Positions 37,436-51,069 of a DNA stretch of 64,000 nucleotides are shown here, in pieces (the first letter of the stretch is position 1; the number at the start of each line of letters is the position of its first letter). The notes below the pieces were generated by a model. It searched no databases. It saw only the letters and a list, made by a program, of their open reading frames with translations, and had not been told where the DNA came from. The stretch covers positions 2,480,001 to 2,544,000 of the forward strand of contig CP075495.1 in the NCBI GenBank assembly GCA_021613535.1. Direction: 5' to 3'. Origin of the DNA: Adineta vaga. Taxonomy: Eukaryota > Animalia > Rotifera. Made by a program: the position numbers and the translations under genes.

Positions 37436-40400
37436 TCATTGTTGCCAATAAGGTGGTGGGATAGATGGATGCATTTGTTCCATGAAATTTGCACCCTCAA
37501 TTGATGAAGATTCTGTTGGCATTAAGATTTGAGCTTGAGACGTCATTAGACCCATATTTCCATTATTATCTTCAGATTTTTCTTCTTCACGACGACGTAA
37601 ACATGCAGCTTTGGGATTTAAATTTCGTTCTAAAAACAAAATTTATTTAAATCATATTACACCCTCAATTCTTTCTTACCTCGAACTTGATGTTCAAGAT
37701 TTGTTATTAAATTAACTGCTTGTTGTAGTACACCTAATTTCGTAACTGGTTTATCATTACGCATATGAATGGCACACATACGACCGAGTTCTTTAAATGC
37801 ATCATTGATATCTCGAACACGTAATCTACAATGAACAATTGACAAGATTAAGATATTTGCACAAGAAAAAAAAGTTCTTTGTACAAACCGTTCGCGTGCA
37901 TTATTTGCTGCTCGTCGATCTTTTTCTCGACGTTCTCGTTCTTCAGGTGTTTCATTGGGATCAATACTTTCTTCAGATGGTGGTCCACCACGCATATATG
38001 ACAAATTCAAATGACTATTTGGACTTAATGTTAATGAACTACAAGAAATAGATAGAAAATATATAGTTATAAATTCGAATTTTTCTTTTACTTTCGTAAT
38101 TTTGTTGTTGATGAAGATGATGATATAGGACCTGCATGTGATCCACTTGCACCACCGACAGCAATTGTTAATGGTGTAACATTTTCTTCTGACATGTCGT
38201 GTCGAAGATTGAAATCATTTAATTTACATGTAGTTAATTGTGTTGTACCATTGGTTGATGGTGGTTTATTTTCAACATTAACTTTAACTTTGTCAAGACA
38301 TTCGAGTTTTAAATCAGGATTCATCGTTGTTAAATTTGCATCATTCGATGATGTCGATGACGATGAAGACGCTGGATTTCCATCTACAATAGAGTTATAA
38401 AGAATATGTGTTTGTTTTTTTCCAATGAAAATCAATTTACAATTTAAGTATGGATCATGATGTCGATTTCGTGCTGATGTATCCGATGTTGTTGTTGTTG
38501 CTGTTGTTGTTGTTGGATGAGTGAGAAAAGTCGAATATGGTCCATTGGAATGTGGATGATGATAGCCAGGATAATAATGATGGAAATCATTTGGTCGAAA
38601 ATTATCATCAACATCTAATCTTGGTGGCTAAAAAATAGTAGATAAATATGAATTTTAGTTCTATGAGAAAAAGAAATTGAATAAGTAGAAGAAAAAAAAC
38701 AAAAATCTAAGTCCCATTTTCCCCAAAATCATATATAGATATAGACAAACCTCGTTTAAATTCAATAAACAGTAGGAATCATCAGATAGATCAATTAAAG
38801 ATGTCTGATATTCGAATGTGAAAAAGAAAGATGTAGTTTTTACGAAAGTCTTCAAAGAATTCAAAAAGAAAAGATACTTACAAGTGGATGATAAGTTTGT
38901 GCTGCATTGATCCATGGTTGACTAGATCCTTTGAAATAGGAAGGAAAAAAAACATGCATATTCAATGATTCTATTTCAAAAGATTTCTTTCTTCAACCAA
39001 CATACCATTTACTGATGGTGATGCGACAGGTGTCGATGCTGATGTCGAATATGGATGTTCATTTGGATAAATCTAAATAAACAATCGAGTTTGAATTTTT
39101 TTCTCTTTAATGATTTGCATCTGATATCATACAGATTGTAATGCTTTGCCAAGTGTTTCTCCAGTTTGTACTGTTTGTTCATTGCCATTACTCGTATATG
39201 ATGTTGGTGGTTGTGGTCGAAAACTTGCCATTGGTGGTAAACAGGTACCATTGGCGTCAGTAAATGTTCCATGTTCATTAGGAAGATAAGTTCCTGGTGG
39301 TCCTAACCATCCATGAGCATTTTGACCATCTATTCAATGATAAAATTAACATCTGAAGAATCAATTTAGTTCGTCTTACCAACAAAATAATTGCTTTCAT
39401 TTCCATAGACTGATTTTCCTGGTGGATATCGTGCTGAATTTTCTGGATTATAATCCTCTCCTGTATAAACCTAATATAAAGAAAAAAGAACGATTGTATA
39501 AGAGATCGATAACAAATGTCTTTAACATATTAACATCTAACTTGTTTTGATTGATCTCATGTGTAAATACTTTCCAACAAATCACACAAGTACTCATCTG
39601 ATTATAGATTCCATACTAACTAAATTAATTCGAATGAGTTTTCTTTTTCTCTATTCTGATCTTTCTTTTCTAAGAGAAACATCGAAGAATAACACATTTG
39701 TCAGTAATAAATATCGCTCTATAAATATACGTATCTCGATCGAATGAAGTTTTGATGATGACTTCATGAAAGAGAAAACATGCCGTATACGTTTGCTCAT
39801 CACTAAAATCAACAGTCTCAGATTGACGACGTATCAATTCGATGAAGAGAAGAAAAGAAGAAGAAGAAAAAACTTCGATCACCCACTGATTTCTATGTTG
39901 GCTAATCAAGAGAAAAAGGTTCGTTTGTTTGTGCTCACTCGGCACGAGATCAAAGGACGTGCGATCGCAATCCATGCTGACATTCACATCGGCTCGATTG
40001 AGCAAATGAGAATGTGTTGATTAGCATTATCTTTTTCTTCTCGATTCGATCAATTGCTAATATAGACACATACATACATACATACATATGAAAAAAGAAA
40101 AGAAACCCTTTCGAGTTTTTCGTTGCATATTTTATGTCAAGGTGTCAAATTTAATCCCAAAGATCTTTTCGCTTTTCTCTCAATCAAATAAAACAATACC
40201 TGATACGATGGCCGTGAATAGTAAAACATTTATTAAAAGTGAAATGAATTTATCACAGTTGGTAGATGATGTCAAAATGAGAAATGTGTTTAATTGACTT
40301 GTAATTATTGTGTCAAATAAACTCGATGTATAACATTGCTTGAGAAGAAAAAAAACCCGAAGAAAGTCGATCGATATAGAAGACCTTTCACTGGAACAGT

Positions 40401-42725
40401 GAGATATCCTTATCTTACGACGTGTTAACTAGAGGCGGGAATACGAACAGGAAAGAGAGTAAGAAATGAGACGTATATAAAAAAAATCATCATCATCCTC
40501 TTTTCTTTCTCTCCGTTTTCTCTTTCTCTTCGTCTTCGCGTTTTTTTTTGTTTGCATCCGAAGATAGAGAGAGAGAAGGTGAAATAATAAATATATATAA
40601 AGACAAAAGCTTATATCTCAAACAGGCATCGCGCTTGTCCGGGCGAATGAATAAATCCAGTAACTAAAGATAAACAACTGTATTCGAAGCAATATAATTA
40701 GAAAGAACGAACTTCTTTTCTTAGATTAATTTTGCTTATTCCTTAAGCTACATATCTCATTAGACTTTTTTTAATATATATACATGTTTATATCGTCAAA
40801 CAATTACACAAGCTTGTTTCTTCTTTTGTATATACATACACACACACACACATAAAGTCGATTAACGCATCTTATTTTCTTTCTTTTTTTTTACTCATTT
40901 ATCATTGTCGGAAACAAGCAATAGTAACAATCGAATATCTATTATCATATCTCACGACGAGCGAGAGAGCGTTCGCCTTTATTACATTGTTTGTCCTTTT
41001 TTTTTTACATTCACCGCTAAATGCATATATTATGTTTACAGAGAGTGAAAGCTCGCAGCGCAGCTGGAAAGCTCGTTCGTGTGCCATCGAATGTAGATAA
41101 ACATGACTATTAATTTTATCACATAGAAGAGTTCGGTCAGACAATACATATAATCATATGTATAAAAGAAAGAATCCGATAGACGAAGTGAAATTTTCTC
41201 ATTCTCTTCGAAATTCATTTCATTCATCCAGCTGGTGCCTAAAATGAATGATGTGATGTCACAAGTGAACCGTGAGTTTCTTTTTCTTTCGAATTTTCAA
41301 AAATATAAAAGAAATGACTTTCTCATCTCTCTCTCTTCATCGAGTAAATTAACAAAGTTGTCTACTGACAAAAAAAAGATGTCGTTATGTCAGAAACAAC
41401 GACAGCAAATAATTATATCAATTACTCACACGTCAACATTCAATGTCGCAAATAAAGATAAAGAGATGTCTATATTTGTATATACACAAAAAAAAGAAGA
41501 AGAAAAAAACTTTTTTTTTACCAAATATGGTTCATAATGAAGCAAGGTCATTGCTAGTATTGTCTTCAACGATGCCCGACGAATATGTATAGATGTGAAT
41601 GCGTATGTTCGATGATCAATAAGGCACTACTATGACTCTCGTTCTCTTCTTTTTTCCTCTTCTCTCTCTCTCCCCTCTCGATTCGCGTGCGTTCAATTTG
41701 GACGAGTGAATTTTTTTTTTCAAAATGAGAATGGAAAAGAATGAACGATGTATATGTATGTATGTGTGTTCGCTTGATCTTAACCAGATCGCTCGCATGT
41801 ATAAGAAAAGCAATAAATATCTAATTCATTCATGACTAATTTGAATAAACGTTTAAATAATTATACAAAGTGACAAAACCTTTCATGACAAAGACTTACA
41901 TTAGTCGAACGGCGAGTTTTTTCATTAAGTTTATCTATAAATAAACAAAAGTCAATGATGATTAATCGAAGAAACAAAGAAAAGTCGTTTTACCAGAATA
42001 TGTCAAATCATTTGTTGATGTTCGCGTTGTCTAAAAACGAAGAAAAAAATAAATCATCATTGAATCCAGAATGATTAAAAAAGAAAGTAGTTTACTGAAT
42101 TGGATGTTGGAAATTCTGTCGAACGATCTAAAAAGAAATAAATGTCTAAAGAATAATCTGCCTTTTTTCTAATCATACTTAATGGTTCAGATGTAATAAA
42201 TGGATGGAGAATATCACGAGTGCTGTAATTTCCTTCATAAATCTAAAGAAAAAAAAATCAAATATGAACGAACTCTTTGTGACGATGTCAATAGATTATT
42301 CGTACTGGTTCATCGTAAGTTGTTGATGGTGTCCAATAATCTATAGAAAAATGTGATTCGAAATGAAATGAACAAAAAATTGAAAGCAAACCTTTATTAA
42401 TGTTTGTTGAATACATTCCTTCAGTACTTGTCGAAGTTGATGGAATCTGAGATCCATTGGAATAGGCAGTTGTTGAAGATAACATCTAAACAAATGAAAG
42501 AGGAAATAGTTGTAGTTAGTTAAAATAATGTAAGGATAATACCGATGAAGGTAATGTAGATGATGATGATGAATGATTAACAGTATGGGGAAAATGAGTT
42601 CGATGTTTAACCTAAATCGAACAAAGATTTTTTTTGTTTTATTTAACAAAATAAAAAAAAGTGAAATAACATACAGCATTGAGATCGAGAAGATCACCTA
42701 ATTCTTTATCATTATGTAAATTCAT
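37436..42725 (-). CDS. TCF12: Class I bHLH E-protein (TCF12/TCF4/daughterless), multi-exon
   Basis: AD1 motif [31 protein letters not shown], b[13 protein letters not shown]|[32 protein letters not shown]|[18 protein letters not shown]. Confidence 0.93.
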
Positions 42726-43425
42726 TTTCTTTTTCGTCACTCAATACCAAATTCTCGATATTCAATTGATCATTGATTGAAACAAACAATAAACAAGCGA
42801 GCAAACAGAGACAATACTCATTCGAGAGAAATGACGAACAAGACAAAGGAGTAGATAGAGGTCGTTATCAATCGACTGGAGAAAAAGGAAAAAAAGAGAA
42901 TGAAGAAGACGATAGTGTGATTTTTAACAGATATACATATTCACATGATATTCATTTGGTAAATGTTTATTTTCTTATTCAAACTCGATGATAATGATGA
43001 TAATAGTGGTAATGATAGTCTATTTCCGTTGCCTGTTCATTAAAATAGATAGAATCTTATTAAATTAGACAAGAGATAGATTGTTAGTAGTTAGATGATT
43101 TTTCCTTGGAAAATAAATTCTATCTTAGTGATTCAATGACATGGCTTTTTCTTTCTTGTATTGATTGGTGCAGATATTTTCTTTCTTAGTTTTGAATAAA
43201 TACAAGATTGACGAAAAGAAAAACACGAAGGTTATAGTTATACAAAAACTAAGTGATTTTTTTTCTTCCTCAAGCAAATAAATGGAAAAGAACGAGACGA
43301 GACGATGGCGTCCGCTTCCCTTTTTTCTTCTTCTCTCTTTTACTGCTCCGAAAAAAAAGAAAGAAAGAAAGAAACAGAACAGAGCGCGGTCACATTTTTG
43401 TTGAACTAGTCTACATTTACATTGA

Positions 43426-43939
43426 ATGATGTCGCTTACCGAAGAACGTATCAATGAAATGAAAGAAATCTTTTCCATGGTTGATGATGATGGTGATGGT
43501 TCTATCACACGAATTCAACTTGGTATGTGTCTTCGAGCAATGCAATATTCAATCAGTAATCATGAAATAAATGATCTAATGAAAAAATTTGATTCGGAAA
43601 AAAGCGATCGAATTAATTTTCCTCAATTATTACAAATCATTGCTGCTACTCAACAACCGAACTTATCAAAACAAACACAAACCATTCTTTCTGCTTTGAA
43701 ATTATTCGATACGGAAAATGATGGTAAGAAAAATTTGATTTATTTTCGTAATTTTCTTTTGTTGTTTATTTGTTTACATAGAAACAATATCTGAGAATGA
43801 TTTTCGTTTTCTAATGCAACAAACAGGCGAACCATTATCGAAAGATTCAGTCGATGATATGATTAAATCAACTGATGCTCGTACAAAAAATGGTCGAATA
43901 CAATATCGTAAACTTGTTTCAACAATTATTCATTTGTAG
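43426..43939 (+). CDS. Calmodulin-like / myosin light chain-like EF-hand protein (2 exons)
   Basis: LTEERINEMKEIFSMVDDDGDGSIT..LG..LRA; four partly degenerate EF-hands; ~150 aa. Confidence 0.8.
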
Positions 43940-43957
43940 AAAAAAAGGAGAAAAACA

Positions 43958-46056
43958 TTAGATTTCATTGGATATTGGTAGAATTTTATTTGCATTACCA
44001 CCATTCTGCAAATATTCAATTTGTAAATTAATAATATGATAACGTAATTGAACAATAGTCTTTTCATATTCTTTTAATTTTGTTTTTAACTTCGTATTGT
44101 TTTCATGTAAATTATTATTATATGATTTCCATTCATCTAAAAGAATTCGATATCGTTGATCGTATGTGTTTTTTAATTGTTCAATTTGTTTTTGATGTTC
44201 ATCAATTAAAAGAATCTGTTGTTGATTTTGTTTCGTTATCTAGAAAAGATTTGATCTGTGAAGAGAAAGATTTCATTGACAAGTAATTTCATACTTGATC
44301 ATAAAGACGATGAATTTCATCATTATATTTACGTTTCGTTTCATCAAAATGATGAAGATTCAAAGAAAGTTTTTCACGTTTAGCAATATGTTGACTACAT
44401 TTTTCATTAGCACGTGTTAATTCTTGAATTTTCTGTTCGTAGATGTGTCGTTCATCAATAGTTAACTAAATATTTCTCAAGAAAAGTTGCAAATAATTAT
44501 AACGAAATGAAATGTTTACTTGATGTTTTTGTAATTCTTTCAATTTTTCTTCATATTCTACAATAATTTTCGTCTAAATCAAATCATTAAGTACATCTTG
44601 TCAATTAATTCATTTACCTTTTCCGCTTGAAATTCTTCTTGTTTAGCGGTGATTAATGAACGAACAACTTGTTTATTTTTCTCTAAAACTTGTTCATATT
44701 GTCCAATATATTCGTCTTCAATATCTTGAATCTTTTTTCGATAATCATTTTCTTTCTCAACTAAAGATTTCTTAACTTGTTCTTTAAATGTAATAACTTT
44801 ACTTTGAAAATTTTCAATCATTTGTTGTTTCAATTCAGGTATTTGAGTTTTTAATTGATTTAATTCATTGAAATATTGATCACGTTCTAATGTAACTTGA
44901 TTGAATGCTGGTTTTGTTAATAACGATAAACGATCATTCATATCTTGTTGTAGATTATCATAATCAAATTTTAAACTATTCAATTCCATTTGTTTACTAT
45001 TTAGTTTTAATTTATATTCTTCAAGTTCACTTTGAAGTTGTTTCAATTTTCTTTCATCATCGAGAAGAAAATCCTGAAAAGAAGAAGAAATTTATGAGAA
45101 TAGACTAAAGAGAATATATTGAAATACAGTTTGAAGTTGAATGGAACTCATCAAAGGTCGTTTAGATAATTCTTCAATAGTTTTTTCATATTGAATCTTT
45201 TCCATTGAATGAATTGCTTCACGTTCATTAGATTGATGTTGTAATCGTTTCAATTCATCAATATGTTGTTGACTCTTATCAATGAAGTCCTAAATGTAAA
45301 TTATTTACAAATTTCTTCGAAATCAAATCAGTTTTTTCTTTTACTGTTTGAGTAAAATTCTGTATCATGATTGGTTTTTGATTCTTTAGTAACAATTGAT
45401 CATATTCAAATTGAATTCGATCAAGATTTTCTTGAAGATTTTGTTCATTGAATCGAATTTCATGAATTTGTTGATCAACATGACGTTTTTCATCCAAAAT
45501 TGTTTCATACATTTGTTTTAATGTTAACATTTCAATTTGTTGTTCACTTGTTTTTATTGTTAATTGTTCAATTTTAGTTTCATAATTAAGACGAAGTGAG
45601 AAAAGATTTTGTTCATATTTTTCGTTGATTTCAATCGTTTCACGTTCATGATCTAAAGCTGCTTTTCGATAGATCTCTTCATTTGTTTGAGAAACAGCAA
45701 GACGTTGACGAAGATTTTCATTTTCTTCTTGAAACAAATGATGATTATCTATCACTGGAGGACTAAAGCCAAAAATAAAACATATTCAAAAGAAAAAGAT
45801 GAAATTACTTATTAAAAGGCATATGCTGTTCTTCTTCTTCTTCTTCTTCTTCATCGTCAAAAACGTGTTCATCATTTTCAGTATTTGACAACGATTGACT
45901 ATCAAATGCATTGGCTAACATTTGTTGAATTTCTTCTTGATTTTCGAATTCTTCTTCACATGTAGATAAATCATGTTGATGTTCATGATCATTAATAGCA
46001 TTGGCAATATCAGGATTCAATATTAAACTAACACCTGAATTACTAATACTCTCCAT
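43958..46056 (-). CDS. Coiled-coil protein, possibly CEP152/Asterless-like
   Basis: N-terminal GVSL...EEEFENQEEIQQMLANAFD resembles the acidic PLK4-binding N-terminus of Asterless/CEP152; the rest is coiled coil. Gene is solid, identity tentative. Confidence 0.55.
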
Positions 46057-46198
46057 GAGAAAATAGACAAATATCAATTCTCTTATCTTTGCATGACAAA
46101 ATTATCTACGTTCATTTATACGTTCGTTTTCAAACAAAGACAAAAAACGATTTCTATTACAACGCCGCCGAACGACATCTGTATTTCTTTGATCAATC

Positions 46199-46211
46199 GT
46201 TGTCATAGTAT
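46199..46211. promoter_or_regulatory. RFX X-box-like (GTTGTCATAGTAT) in bidirectional promoter
   Basis: Lies in the ~240 bp between divergent CEP152-like and WDR63 starts. Confidence 0.5.
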
Positions 46212-46294
46212 TCGATGGTTATAATGGCGAGAAGAATTCAATGTGTATGTAGAAAAAATGTTTATTCTTTGATTTTTTACTTCAAATTAATCAA

Positions 46295-49200
46295 ATGAGT
46301 ACACCTCGACAACCACCGAAACCAGCTGGACCTAATAAACCTGCTGGAAATCAACCTTCTACACCACAACGTCGTCCAGGTCTACCATCTCAAACTGGTT
46401 CACCAGCTGTTCGATCGAATGTTCCAAGTACGACATCATCATCGAGACCAAATAAACTCAATTCACCGGCTAATAAACAGACAATTGCTAGTCCAATACC
46501 AGGTATAAACATGTTCTTCTTTTCTTCGAATTGAATTTCTCTTTTTATCTTTCAGTAGTTAAATCAGCAACTGTACGAGAAGTTTCTGAAAATGCTCAAT
46601 GTAGGTCGAAGATTTGAATTGATATAGATGAAGACGAAATGTTTATTTCGTAGATTTACCACCAAATATGCATTCGATTTTTATCTCGTCTGCAACTCAA
46701 CAAGCTTTACAATTATCTGTGGATGAAGATGTTACACAAGATAATAATTGGAAATTAATTGATAAAGAAATTCTTCTAAAAGATATTGAAACTCTTGGAC
46801 AAGGTTCCAATTTTTATGAATTTCAACAACAAATACAAGTAAATTTTTAGAAGAAGAAGTTATAAATTTCTACAATGAAATATCTTTCTCCATCTTTTAG
46901 AATTATCCTGAAAATGAAATAGCAATCGTTTATGATTATGATTATTTCTATTCACAAAATTTTTGTATGTAAAACTGAATATTCATTGAATTACGTTTAT
47001 TCTTTCCTTCTAGTGATTTGTTTCGATTCTTTATTAAAGAATTACATAAAAAATGTATGTTATACGTTATCATTTAGAATACATCCACATATTTTCATAT
47101 TCTAGTCTCCTATGACATTACCAATCGAAGAAGCTGATGATACAGAACAATATGTGCCACCAGAACCAAAAATTTGGGTATCACTCGGAAGTGAAATTGA
47201 AATAGAGAATGAACGTTTAGTAATAAATCGACCACTTGTAAGATAACACGTATATTTTGTTTTCATAAAATTATATATTTGATATATTCGAAAAAATAGA
47301 AACGATTTAAAATTAAAATTCCAACACGTTCAACGACAGCTCCACCACCGAATGAAAAATTTAAAGATGTAGATCCAGATATTGATCGAAAGAAGAATAT
47401 TATCTGTCTTGATTCATATGAAGATAAACAATTTGATATGAAAAAAATGGAAATTGATACTGCTGTTCAAGTATGATGTTTTCTTTGGAATATATTATTT
47501 ATTTATATTGATTTGAAAATGAACAGGCAGCCGCTGAATATCGAGAAAGTTCTTCTCAAACAATTTGGCGTTATCCAAAAAATCAATGGACACAATATGA
47601 ACCACGGACATTGAATGAAGAAGAACAAAAGAAAGCCATGAATGATCAATTATTAATTAATATGATTATGAATTCTCAAGATTTGTATGTTTAAAATAAT
47701 TATTAGGACATTTTCAGAAACGAAAATGTCCTTCTTTGTTGAAATTTTATGTTATGTATTTAGATTCAAAGAAGCATTACAACAAAATATCATTCATGAT
47801 CCATTTTATATTGATTGGAATGAACTCGGTGGTGATTTGGAAGGATTGGGTGGACCAGGTGATTCACATCTTAAAGTAGATTGTCTTTTCTTATATATAT
47901 TCAATTTAATTCTATTCTTTAAAAATAAAATCTATTAGGAATATCAATCATTTTCATCTATCAAACAATCTCGAGATAAGATTGTTACATGTGTTCAATG
48001 GCATCCAACTCTACGAGGTTTGTTTTTTCGAGATTATCCGTTTTTTTTCTAATCGAATAAAAATCAATCTACTTTAGGTATTATTGCGGTTTCACTTGCT
48101 GCAGGACAAGGATTCGATGAACGAGCTGATAATATTAGTAAAATAACATTATCGCCATCATTAATTTTTATTTGGTCATTTGTTGATCCAATTCAACCAA
48201 AAGTATTCTTCTTCTTGATTGTGTTTTTCTTTTTTTTGTATAAACTTTATATTTAGTTATATTTGGAAGCACCTGATGATATTCAATGTTTTCAATTTTC
48301 ACCAACGGATCCACATGTTATTGCTGGTGGTTGTGTCAATGGACAAGTTGTTATGTGGGATATAAAAGAATATGAAGATCGTATACGTAATCCACGTGCT
48401 GATCATCGTGATAAAGATCTATTTATTGTAAGAAGAGTATTATTTTGAACATAATCGACGAAAATACTTTATATTTATAGCCTGGCTTTGAAGATGAAAG
48501 TTTTTTTCAAACACCACATATTCGTTATTGTGCTGTATCCAGTATTGAACATGGACATTCTGAACCGATTACAGATCTTCAATGGATTCCTGATCATTTT
48601 CAAGTATGAAAAGTTTTTTATCATTGACGTTTTACGGCATTATCGTCGTGTTCTTTTCTAGATTACAACACAAGGTTTACCAACAGAAAATCTTGCGGGA
48701 AATTGTTCTCAAATCATGACCTGTTCTTTTGATAGGTAAGTGCAAAAGCATGAGGGGAATATAGATCTAAATGCATTGTGTCATATTTTAGTCAAGTTCT
48801 TCTCTGGGAAACACGTCCACCACGTGGTGGTCCAAAACCATTATCGAAAAAAGAACGAGAAATTCTCAATCCCATGGGTGTTCCATTGACATTTAAGCAT
48901 TTAGATCTTACTTGGAGACCATTTCTACGAGTAATGATATTATTCGAAATATGTGTTGTTTTTTTTTATTAATCTATGTAATTTTAGTTACAATTACAAA
49001 GTCCTGAAGTTGGTCAAGTCGATTTTGCACCACGAAAATTTTCAATTCGTGAAAGTCAAGGTGATCGTGATGCCTGTATGTATATCTTAGAGAAAAGTTT
49101 GTTTGTTTTTCTAACAAATCAATATATTTTTTTTCTCTAGTAAATAAAGAAGATAATACATTTGAAAAGAAAAAAGAACCAACGGGTGGACAATTTGTTA

Positions 49201-50946
49201 ATCCAGTTGATGATCCAAGTAAAACGATATCACAAGCAAGAGCAAAAGTTCTTCAAAATATTGATACATTCTTTTATGTTGGTACTGAGGTATGTTAGAA
49301 ATATTCAATAAGTAGGTTTATTTCATCAAGAAAGAATATAAAGAAGAAAATCTTTTATTTTAAACGAAGTAGTCCAGGACGACGATTGAATAGTAATAAT
49401 CGACGGATTCGATCATGATAATCATCGTTATAGTGACGAGAATTTCCATAATGCGAATCGAGTTCATTGTCAATTAAGAATTGAATATGTTTCAAAACAT
49501 GTGGATCATTCGGTTCTTCTATATCATCAATATCATTTGGATGCATTGAAGTATCTAATCGATACGTATTGATTGAGACGAAACAATAGATCGTTATGAA
49601 AAATAATACAACGATTGATTTAGTAGACATCTCGTTGATGATATAAATGTTGAACTGAAAGGAAGAAAAGATTGAGATCTATACGATTTTATATTCTCAC
49701 CTTTTTTTTCCATATAATTTCCTGTAAATACTAAATGCACGGATGGAAGTCGTCGAGTAGTTTTTTTCTCTTCCGTAATTAATCATGAACATATATAGGC
49801 GTTTAGCAAAATGAAATACTGTTCTTATTGATAGAAAGGTTAATTATTTGTGATTTATTCTTGTTTCATTTGCATTTTTCAGGATGGACAATTAGTTTAT
49901 CAAGATTGGATGCCACAGAAAGAGAATGATTCTGCAAAATTCATTAGTAAGTGAAAGACAAATTCTAGAAATGAAAAGAAAATTTTCGATTATTTTTATC
50001 TGTAGCACCGAAAGCCACTTGGTCATCAGTTGTTATTGATGGTCCTGTTGTTGGTTTGAAACGATCACCTTTCTTTAAAGATGTCATACTCATTGCAGGT
50101 GGTTGGACATTTCAAATTTGGCGAGAAAAAGTTCACGTAAGTTTTAAACATTAAAAGCAGAAAAGTAACTTGATTAAAACGAGTTTGTCATTTTTGAAAG
50201 ATTTCTTTTAAATTGAAATATTTTATAGAAAATCATGAATTAGAACTTGTATTTTGATATTTTAGTCTGGCTCACTTTTACATACATCACCGATGAAAGA
50301 AAAAATCACTGATATCGAATGGTCTCCAACTCGACCAGGTGTTTTCTATATTGCCAAACAAAATGGAAGTATCGATGTTTGGGATATCATTGATCGAACA
50401 CATGCTCCATCAATATCTCAATCGATATCGAATACTGCAGTAACCTATCTTAGTATACGAACAATATCATGTAAAAATAAAGAAAAATTTTTATCATACA
50501 AATTTGAGAATTCATTTTCTATTTAGCTAAACAACAGTTACTTGCAGCTGGAGATAGTAATGGTACACTTCATATCCTTGAAGTTCCACAATCATTACGA
50601 CAACCAATCAATCAAGAATTACAAGGTAAATAAATCGTTTACTTTCTTTTTTTCTTTCTTGAAAATGCATTGATTAATAGTTGTAACGAATTATTTTACA
50701 CGTGAAACTGATCGTCGTGCTTTTGTTAAACATCGTTGGAATTTACGTGAAGAAGAAAAACGTGAAAAAGACCGATTATCAGCAATTAAGATTGGTATTG
50801 CTCCAAGTCATATACCAACTCAAGAAGAAATCGATATTCGAATGAAAAATGAATATAACGATTTCATTCAATTCGAATTTGGAGTTTTACGTGAAATGGG
50901 TCTCCGAGATGAAAATGAAGCACCTGTTATTATACCAGCAAATTAA
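46295..50946 (+). CDS. WDR63: WD40 axonemal dynein intermediate chain WDR63/DNAI3 (IC140), many exons
   Basis: PKIWVSLGSE.EIE, SQT.WRYPKN..TQYEPR, LKEYQSF, LIFIWSF.DPIQP, LEAPDDI.CFQFSP, AVSSIEHGH, RSPFFKD, WSPTRPGVF. Confidence 0.9.
49355..49630 (-). CDS. Putative secreted peptide prohormone nested antisense in a WDR63 intron
   Basis: 91-aa intronless ORF: signal peptide, acidic spacer, RR-LLLFN-RR-PGLLRLK*; TATAAAA at 49693-49687; wholly inside intron 49290-49882. Confidence 0.75.
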   Translation of the reverse strand: MSTKSIVVLFFITIYCFVSINTYRLDTSMHPNDIDDIEEPNDPHVLKHIQFLIDNELDSHYGNSRHYNDDYHDRIRRLLLFNRRPGLLRLK

Positions 50947-51069
50947 TACATACATATAGTCTTCGTTTTTCTATAAATAATAATAAACACAAGCGTTTTT
51001 TCTTTTTACATTTTAAAAAAATACATATAAAATCTGACAGAAAACAAAACTAAAATCTATTGTATCTTT

